Of a DNA stretch of 64,000 nucleotides, positions 57,198 to 64,000 are shown piece by piece. Within the stretch, counting starts at the first letter, position 1, and the number at the start of each line of letters is the position of its first letter. The DNA lies in assembly GCA_036488585.1 (NCBI GenBank), contig DASXHH010000009.1:366-64365 (forward strand), given 5' to 3'. The position numbers were made by a program, and so were the translations under genes. Under the pieces are notes generated by a model. That model was not told where the DNA came from. It did no database searches and saw only the letters and a list, made by a program, of their open reading frames with translations. The stretch is from Candidatus Saccharimonadia bacterium (GTDB lineage: Bacteria > Patescibacteriota > Saccharimonadia > UBA4664).

Positions 57198-57636
57198 AGA
57201 GCTCCTCCAACTCATCGAGGCGCCGAAGGTACTTGGGGTCGGATTTGAATTCGGTGGCGAGCCAGGCATCGACCATGTCCAAGGCGGCCTCTTCGGCGAC
57301 AAACCGGGCCGGGAGCACGAGCACATTGGAGTTGTCGTCGGCGCGGGCGGCTTTGGCGGAGTCGGCATTCCAGGCTAGGGCGGCGCGCACGCCGTTTACG
57401 CGATTGGCGGCCATACTCATCCCCTGCCCCGAGCCACAGATCAAGACGCCGCGGTCGTCCTCGTCGGCGCCGAGAATTTTGGCAGCTAGGGCGTAGGCAT
57501 AGCGCGGGTAGTCATCGTCATCGTCGAGCGTTTTCGCGCCCACATCTTCAACTTCATACCCGTTGTGAATGAGGTGCTCTTTGAGCTGGTTTTTCAGTTC
57601 ATAGCCGGCATGGTCGGCGCCGAGAAATATCTTCAT
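57190..57636 (-). CDS. rpiB: ribose-5-phosphate isomerase B
   Basis: MKIFLGADHAGYELK and CGSGQGMSMAANR (RpiB/LacAB family). Confidence 0.9.
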   Translation of the reverse strand: MKIFLGADHAGYELKNQLKEHLIHNGYEVEDVGAKTLDDDDDYPRYAYALAAKILGADEDDRGVLICGSGQGMSMAANRVNGVRAALAWNADSAKAARADDNSNVLVLPARFVAEEAALDMVDAWLATEFKSDPKYLRRLDELEELYG

Positions 57637-57715
57637 ACTGCTAGCTTACGATAAGCGTTGGTACTTTGCCACCAGCGGACGCCCAATTGAGGTGTCCGCT
57701 GGGCAGGAGCAATTA

Positions 57716-58726
<1,011 letters not shown>

Positions 58727-58813
58727 AATATCCGTGTTTTATCCCGTTTGTCGGTTTAACTATATGAGCAATAGCGGTTTGGGTCAATCTGATGAGAATA
58801 TTGCGAGACAGCC

Positions 58814-58849
58814 GCGCCCCCGGCCGCACAATAACGCGGCCGGGGGCGC
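58814..58849. terminator. 14-bp perfect GC hairpin (GCGCCCCCGGCCGC-acaataac-GCGGCCGGGGGCGC), hairpin-only terminator downstream of gene 58875-59297
   Basis: Perfect inverted repeat in the gap/membrane-protein intergenic region. No T-run. Confidence 0.5.
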
Positions 58850-58874
58850 AGGGGGAAGAGGAGAACGGCGCCCT

Positions 58875-59297
58875 TCAGTGGCCAACTACGACGTTGTACA
58901 CCCATTGTCCGAGGCCGGTGCTAGCCACGAACAGCAGGAAGCCCAAGAAGGCGACTACAACGAACGTTCTCGAGCCCTTGGCGATGAGCACAAGTATGAC
59001 GAGCGCGACCACCATGATCCAGCCCAAGGCCGAAAAGTTGGTATTGATCAGGCTGTAGGGATCGGGCGCAGCGATATGGAACGCCCGCAGGATGGCGGCA
59101 TGAATAGCCAAACCGGGACCGGTGGCAGCCAGGACAACGCCCGCAAACGCGGCCAGGACAGCGGCAGCCTTGTCGCCCAGGCCCCTGGCCTTGGCGATAG
59201 CGATGATGGCAAGCCCTAGCGCCACTAGGCCAAGGACGTCGTTCCAGCCGAGGTGCTTGATCACCGACGGCTCCCTTCCGTGGATTTTCAATTCCAA
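58875..59297 (-). CDS. hypothetical 4-TM membrane protein (140 aa)
   Basis: Four hydrophobic helices. No family recognised. Confidence 0.5.
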   Translation of the reverse strand: MELKIHGREPSVIKHLGWNDVLGLVALGLAIIAIAKARGLGDKAAAVLAAFAGVVLAATGPGLAIHAAILRAFHIAAPDPYSLINTNFSALGWIMVVALVILVLIAKGSRTFVVVAFLGFLLFVASTGLGQWVYNVVVGH

Positions 59298-59432
59298 CCC
59301 TGGTTTAGAGTTGGCGTAGTTATTTTCAAATTCTTAGCGGGTAATGTAAATGTTTTTTAACACATTTACGCGATGGGCAGAGATTTTTCCTTGACATAAG
59401 TAAAAAAGAGGTGTATAAAGTGCTAGCGTTCC

Positions 59433-59879
59433 ATGGCCAAAAATCTAGGTCAAGGAGGTCCCATGAGCGCAAGAAATCCGGACAGACCGGACAGAGCTGA
59501 AGTGTCCAGGCGTCCAGCCAGGCCGTTCAGTTGGCCGGCAGCCATCGGGCTAGTTCTGGTGTTGGTGGTTGTCGGGTTCCTGTTCTCGGCCCTACACGTC
59601 GGGAGCTTGGCGATTCACCTGACCCAGTTCCTCATCGCGTTGGCGACGGCGGCGTACTGGCGGGGAACGAACCGCGACGGCTGGCTTTTGCTAGTGGCCG
59701 TCACCCTGGTCGCCGGCCTGAACAGCCTGCCCATCGGTCAGTGGACCCTGCTCCTGGATGTGCTGGCGGTGATCGGTACGTACGTCTACGGACGGCACCG
59801 GCGATCCGCAGCCATCAGCCCCCAGGGCCCCGGCAACACGCAGCCCATCGACCCCGGAGTCCACGGACCCAACGCCTGA
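59433..59879 (+). CDS. hypothetical membrane protein (148 aa)
   Basis: Basic N-terminus, three TMs, and a Pro/Gly-rich tail. Confidence 0.5.
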   Translation: MAKNLGQGGPMSARNPDRPDRAEVSRRPARPFSWPAAIGLVLVLVVVGFLFSALHVGSLAIHLTQFLIALATAAYWRGTNRDGWLLLVAVTLVAGLNSLPIGQWTLLLDVLAVIGTYVYGRHRRSAAISPQGPGNTQPIDPGVHGPNA

Positions 59880-59897
59880 CCGGGTCGCCCCCCCTAC

Positions 59898-59946
59898 GCC
59901 CGGCCGGACCCGCTTCATGCGGGACCGGCCGGGCGCTGAAGTTTTT
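59898..59946. terminator. bidirectional intrinsic terminator (16-bp stem GCCCGGCCGGACCCGC/GCGGGACCGGCCGGGC + GAAGTTTTTA)
   Basis: Perfect inverted repeat between convergent genes, followed by a T-run. Confidence 0.8.
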
Positions 59947-59963
59947 ATAGGCTGACTAGAGAG

Positions 59964-60497
59964 TTACCACCACTTGTCGGACTGGGCCCGCTCGGAGCAT
60001 TCGCGGATGATCTTCCAGGCCTCGTCCGGGCCCAGGATGCCGCGCACGTTGGTGCCGCCCTTTTTGAGATCCTTGTAGTGGTTGAAGTGATGGGTAATTT
60101 GTTTCTTCCATTGCTCACCCAGCTCGTCCACATGCTTGATCTCGCCATAATGCCGGTCGTCTGAGGGTACGGCCACCACTTTATGGTCATTTTCGCCGTC
60201 GTCTTCGAAGTCGACCAGCCCGATTACACGGCACTCCTCTACCACCAAGCCCATCGGCAACGGCTCGCCGGTGACTAACAGTACATCGAGCTCATCGCCG
60301 TCCTCGTCGAGGGTTTGCGGTATAAAACCATAGTTTACGGGTTTGGCGAAAATGCCCGGCTCCACGCGATCCAGAATAAAGTAGCCCTTCTTGCGGGCCC
60401 ATTCGGCCTTGAGCATCGAACCCTTAGGGATCTCGATTACAGCAGTGATATAGTCGCCGTCTTTGCCAAAAGTGATGTCATTAAAAGGATAACTCAT
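59964..60497 (-). CDS. ppa: inorganic pyrophosphatase (family I)
   Basis: IEIPKGS, YGFIPQTLDEDGDELDVLLV, DHKVVAV motifs. Start at MSYPF (ATG 60497). Confidence 0.9.
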   Translation of the reverse strand: MSYPFNDITFGKDGDYITAVIEIPKGSMLKAEWARKKGYFILDRVEPGIFAKPVNYGFIPQTLDEDGDELDVLLVTGEPLPMGLVVEECRVIGLVDFEDDGENDHKVVAVPSDDRHYGEIKHVDELGEQWKKQITHHFNHYKDLKKGGTNVRGILGPDEAWKIIRECSERAQSDKWW

Positions 60498-60679
60498 GGG
60501 TCTCCAGATGTTAGTTTTCGCGAACATCATAACACGACCAGATTCCTGATTGCTGGCTGAGCTTGGGCGTTTTGCCAAAGGTAGGGAATACCATGGACTA
60601 AGTATTGGAGGAACTACCATTATCCTAATAACCTCGAGACAGCTATTTTTAGTTGGCAATTAATGTGGAGGAACGCGAT

Positions 60680-60943
60680 ATGTTCTGGACAATTGTGACC
60701 TGGATCATTCTCGGGGCGCTCGCGGGATGGATCGCAAGCATTATTACCGGCACCAACGCCCAAGTGAACGGCGTGATGAACGTGGTGGTCGGTATAATCG
60801 GGGCGTTCATCGGCGGCCTGGTGCTGCAGCTCCTAGGCGCCGGCACCCCCAGCGGCTTCAACCTGGCGAGCCTGCTGACCGCCATCCTAGGCGCGGTAAT
60901 CCTGCTGTCGCTGGTGCGGGCTTTCCGGCGCGACACCCTGTAG
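60680..60943 (+). CDS. GlsB/YeaQ/YmgE-family (transglycosylase-associated) small stress membrane protein
   Basis: 87 aa with G-rich TM helices (ILGALAGWIAS; VVVGIIGAFIGG). GTGGAGG SD. Confidence 0.7.
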   Translation: MFWTIVTWIILGALAGWIASIITGTNAQVNGVMNVVVGIIGAFIGGLVLQLLGAGTPSGFNLASLLTAILGAVILLSLVRAFRRDTL

Positions 60944-60963
60944 ACAGTTACCAGTAGCGCGCA

Positions 60964-61000
60964 AAACGGCCCCGCTTTTCATGGCGGGGCCGTTTTTTTT
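60964..61000. terminator. bidirectional rho-independent terminator (AAAACGGCCCCGC-ttttcatg-GCGGGGCCGTTTTTTTT)
   Basis: Perfect stem with an A-run upstream and an 8-T run downstream. Confidence 0.9.
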
Positions 61001-61010
61001 GGGACTAGCG

Positions 61011-61262
61011 CTAGGCGAGGCCGAGTTCTTGAGTGAGGCGGGGCTGGTCGAAACCGATGATGCCCACTTTTTGACCATCGTCTTTGGTGATGACGGTGAA
61101 CGGCACTCCCATCTGGCCCGATAGGTGGACCATTTCGTGTGCGGCCTGCTCATCTGCTTCTACGTTCACATCCTCGAATTTCACCCCTTTTTCGGTCAGA
61201 AATTTCATTTCAGCTTTGCAGAAGGCGCACCAGGTAGTGGAATAAATTTTAACGTTTGGCAT
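61011..61262 (-). CDS. glutaredoxin-like protein (NrdH/mycoredoxin-type thiol-disulfide oxidoreductase)
   Basis: 83 aa, CxxC active site (WCAFC), and the downstream GVPFTVI motif of the glutaredoxin fold. Confidence 0.8.
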   Translation of the reverse strand: MPNVKIYSTTWCAFCKAEMKFLTEKGVKFEDVNVEADEQAAHEMVHLSGQMGVPFTVITKDDGQKVGIIGFDQPRLTQELGLA

Positions 61263-61316
61263 AGTAATGATTGTTCTCCTATATTCACTATACCAAATGA
61301 AGCAATAGGGGGCTGT

Positions 61317-61946
61317 CTAGTTGGTGGTAGCTGGGGCAGCGGTGGAGTCGCCGAGCACTTGAGACTTGGCGGGAGCGGGCTGGATCGTGGGGGTGGGGCT
61401 CGGACTGGGAGTAGGACTCGGTGTGACCGCCGGGCTGGGCGTGGGCATGGGCATGGGCATGGGGCTGGCTAGCGGCATGGGCGTCGATGCGGGCGGGGCC
61501 GGCACAGGCGTGGTAGTGGTTTGCACGCTGGAAGCCTTGGGCTGAGCCACTCGTTTGATGGCGGTGAGTCGCATGTCGCGCTGGGCCGGCTGGGCTGCTG
61601 CGGGGCTGAGACCGGGCGAGGGCACCAGCTGGCTGCGAGCAATGCCCGTGTGGTTGACCGTATGCTGCGGTGCCGGCTGGTGGCCCAGGAGGCTCGCAAC
61701 CGTCTTGCTGCCGACCGACAGCAACGCCACCGCGCCACCAATGGCGGCCAAGATGATAAAGAAGCGGGGCATGTGAATACGCAGGAAATGACGCCGCAGG
61801 TTAATGGTTTTTTTAACTTTTTCGAGATCGGTGCCCCTGAGGTAGTTAGAGAGATGATTGAAGGGCACACGCAGGCTGCGGCCGTCCTTGAATGACAGCA
61901 GCACTATCTTATCGGTTTCTATACTGTAGTTGACCAATTCACTCAT
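61317..61946 (-). CDS. hypothetical protein: small N-terminal cytoplasmic domain, one TM, Pro/Ala/Thr/Met-rich extracellular tail
   Basis: TM FFIILAAIGGAVALLSV and low-complexity PMPMPMPTPSP repeats. Confidence 0.5.
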   Translation of the reverse strand: MSELVNYSIETDKIVLLSFKDGRSLRVPFNHLSNYLRGTDLEKVKKTINLRRHFLRIHMPRFFIILAAIGGAVALLSVGSKTVASLLGHQPAPQHTVNHTGIARSQLVPSPGLSPAAAQPAQRDMRLTAIKRVAQPKASSVQTTTTPVPAPPASTPMPLASPMPMPMPTPSPAVTPSPTPSPSPTPTIQPAPAKSQVLGDSTAAPATTN

Positions 61947-62049
61947 GCGGGCATGGTAGCACTAAGCGGTATGGCCGTCATTTGTTGAAAGTTCCTAAGG
62001 ATAAGAATTGTTGGCTTAATCTGGGGACAAAGGGCTGTGGAAAAAGAAA

Positions 62050-62217
62050 TTATCCGTGGACTAATTTATAGGCACCCCAGATTCCCACGATTCCGCCAAT
62101 GGTGCTGAGCAGGATGCCCCAGCCCGAGAAGTCGCTGGCGTGCCAGAGCCCGGGAACCAACCCGCCGAGGGTGGCGCCGATACCTCCACCGAGGTAGTAC
62201 AGGCTCTTGTTGCTCAC
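62050..62217 (-). CDS. 55-aa Gly-rich membrane peptide, GlsB/YeaQ-like, GTG start overlapping galU stop (GTGA)
   Basis: MSNKSLYYLGGGIGATLGGLVPGLW...GILLSTIGGIVGIWGAYKLVHG with GxxxG-rich helices. Translationally coupled to galU. Confidence 0.4.
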   Translation of the reverse strand: MSNKSLYYLGGGIGATLGGLVPGLWHASDFSGWGILLSTIGGIVGIWGAYKLVHG

Positions 62218-63122
62218 GCGAGCTGGGCCTTTTGAGCTAGCTTGTCTTTGAGGTAGCGCTCAAAGTCGGGCGCGATGGTCGGGTCATCGAGGGCGACATC
62301 CACGATGGCTTCGAGGTACTTCTGCTTGTTACCAGCGTCGTGCCAACGACCGTCGATGACGCGGGCAATTACCTGGCCGTCGTGGTCTTTGGCGAAATGG
62401 TTGATGGCGTTGGCCAGCACTAGCTCGCCGGACTTGTCGGGCTCAAGCTCGTTGACGTATTTCATCATTTCGGGAGTGAAGATGTAGCCGGCGGTGCTGG
62501 CGAAGACCTTGCCGTCGTGTTGGGGGGCATCGGCGGGGTCGGGCTTCTCGATAAGGCCAGAGAGCTCGAGGGAATGGTCGTCGATGACGCGCTTAATGTC
62601 AGCCACGCCGTAGTTTTTGGCCCGGCTCTGCTCCACCGGCACCACCGCGATTACCGGTTGCTGGTACTGATTGAAGGCCTCCATGAGCTGAACGGCGCGC
62701 GGCACCTGGGAGTTGAAGAAATCATCGGCGAACAAGACGAGGAACGGCTCGTTTTCGAGCAAGTGGGCAGCGTTGAGCACGGGCGTGGCGTTGCCGTAGA
62801 GACCTTTTTGGCGCAGGTAAATGAAGTTACCTAGCTCGGCCACCTTCTCCATGCGCTCGGCGAGCTCGACTTTGCCGTCTTTGCGCAGTTTTTGCTCCAG
62901 CTCGTACTGGTGGTCGAAGTGATCCTCGATGGTGCGCTTGTTGGCGCTGCCGACGATAATGATGTCGGTAATGCCGGCGGCAACAGCCTCCTCGACGACG
63001 TACTGAATGATGGGCTTGTCAATGATGGGCAGCATTTCCTTGGGCATGGCCTTGGTCATAGGCAGGAAGCGCGTGCCTAGGCCGGCGGCGGCGATGACGG
63101 CCTTGGTAACTTTTTTCGGCAT
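62214..63122 (-). CDS. galU: UTP--glucose-1-phosphate uridylyltransferase
   Basis: AVIAAAGLGTRFLPMTKAMPKEMLP (GalU signature), with VEKP-type downstream motifs. AAGGAGAG SD before ATG 63122. Confidence 0.9.
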   Translation of the reverse strand: MPKKVTKAVIAAAGLGTRFLPMTKAMPKEMLPIIDKPIIQYVVEEAVAAGITDIIIVGSANKRTIEDHFDHQYELEQKLRKDGKVELAERMEKVAELGNFIYLRQKGLYGNATPVLNAAHLLENEPFLVLFADDFFNSQVPRAVQLMEAFNQYQQPVIAVVPVEQSRAKNYGVADIKRVIDDHSLELSGLIEKPDPADAPQHDGKVFASTAGYIFTPEMMKYVNELEPDKSGELVLANAINHFAKDHDGQVIARVIDGRWHDAGNKQKYLEAIVDVALDDPTIAPDFERYLKDKLAQKAQLA

Positions 63123-63153
63123 TGTCTCTCCTTGGTACAAACGCAGTTTACTA

Positions 63154-64000
63154 CTAGAGCTGGGTCCGGAAAAGGTTAGCGCCAGCTTCGGCAAGCCGTG
63201 CCAGACGGCCGCGCTGAGGCCAAGTGGCGGGCTGGATGTGCGTGGCGTGCTCGAGGTCGGTGCGGAAACTGCGGTCGAGAGCGGCCACTAGCTCGAGGTC
63301 AGTGACGGCGACATTGAGCTCGTCGTTGAGGACCAGCGAGCGATCGTCGAGGTTGGTCGAGCCGATGGTGGCCCAGGATGAGTCGGCGGTAATAATTTTG
63401 CCATGGTGCATGCCACGATACTCGTAAAGCTTAACGCTACCCGCCAGCAGCTGGGCGTAGGAGGCACGGCCGGCTTGGCGGGTGATTTTGTGGTTGGTGA
63501 GCGGGCCGTTGGTGAGCACCCGCACATCCACGCCGCGGCCAGCCGCCCGGATGAGGCCGGCGATAATCTGTTCCGAGGGCACGAAGTAGGCCGAGGTGAT
63601 CCAGAGACGCTCCCGCGACTGGTCGATCACCGCGTGCACCAGCTTCTCCATGCTGGTAGGGCGGAGACGCCGGCCGGCGGTGCTGGAGACGACTTGGACA
63701 GCAGTATGGCCGTTTATGGGGACTGGCGGGTGGTCGGGGAGCTGCTCGCCGGCGCATTCGGCCCAGTTTTCGGCGAAACTCGCACGCAAATCCGCGCAGG
63801 CCGGGCCCGTGATGCGGCAGTGGGTTTCGCGCCAATGATGGGCGTCCTGGCCGGCGCCAGTCCACTCGTCGGCGATGCCAACGCCGCCAGTGAAGCTGAT
63901 GTTGCCATCAACGATCAGAATTTTGCGGTGGCTACGGTTATTGAATTTTTGGAGGTAGGGCCAACGCACCGGCCTAAACCAGCCGAGCTTCACTCCGGCG
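63154..64000 (-). CDS. phospholipase D/cardiolipin-synthase family protein, C-terminal part (gene continues beyond window end)
   Basis: HKD motif HRKILIVDGNISFTGGVGIADEW. The ORF is open to the window edge, so it is partial. Confidence 0.7.
   Translation of the reverse strand, partial: AGVKLGWFRPVRWPYLQKFNNRSHRKILIVDGNISFTGGVGIADEWTGAGQDAHHWRETHCRITGPACADLRASFAENWAECAGEQLPDHPPVPINGHTAVQVVSSTAGRRLRPTSMEKLVHAVIDQSRERLWITSAYFVPSEQIIAGLIRAAGRGVDVRVLTNGPLTNHKITRQAGRASYAQLLAGSVKLYEYRGMHHGKIITADSSWATIGSTNLDDRSLVLNDELNVAVTDLELVAALDRSFRTDLEHATHIQPATWPQRGRLARLAEAGANLFRTQL

Overview
This is a high-GC (~60%), compactly organised bacterial chromosomal segment. Many genes overlap by 4-8 nt (GTGA/ATGA junctions), GGAGG-type Shine-Dalgarno sites are common, and intrinsic terminators are abundant. 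No CRISPR array, transposase or integrase was found.

Housekeeping content:
- uvrA, uvrB and uvrC, dispersed across the window.
- secG, an M24 Xaa-Pro aminopeptidase, inorganic pyrophosphatase, galU and a glutaredoxin-like protein.
- A sugar-phosphate block: gap - rpiB - rpe - split transketolase (separate N- and C-terminal subunit genes) - class II fba.
- tRNA-Leu(CAG) on the minus strand at 5099-5184.

The split transketolase, small-protein-rich content and salvage-type genes are compatible with a reduced-genome lineage such as CPR/Patescibacteria, but this is not certain.

Non-routine regions:
1. Partial copies of the tRNA-Leu 3' end (2388-2409, 3118-3140, 3223-3235) delimit small AT-rich islets. 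One islet carries an MccF-like LD-carboxypeptidase plus an isochorismatase-family hydrolase.
2. A short-chain polyprenyl diphosphate synthase, an OmpR-type two-component system with a 37-aa peptide gene between regulator and kinase, and a 641-aa two-domain protein resembling a beta-alpha terpene synthase (12497-14422).
3. A + strand extracytoplasmic glycosylation locus (26774-37510): DPM1-like GT2, GT-C/PMT-like transferase, a GtrA-like domain fused to a P-loop domain, three secreted phosphoesterases and a glycoside hydrolase-like/metallophosphoesterase fusion.
4. A minus-strand exopolysaccharide operon (41533-46123): two CBM-CE4 deacetylases flank a processive QxxRW GT2, with two tiny peptide genes between them, one of which carries an LPQTG cell-wall-sorting-like signal.
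5. A tightly coupled PfkB kinase - unknown 414-aa protein - LOG-family (TIGR00725-like) operon (46885-49701).
6. A promoter-to-terminator ~250-nt non-coding unit (about 21995-22284) that looks like an sRNA gene.
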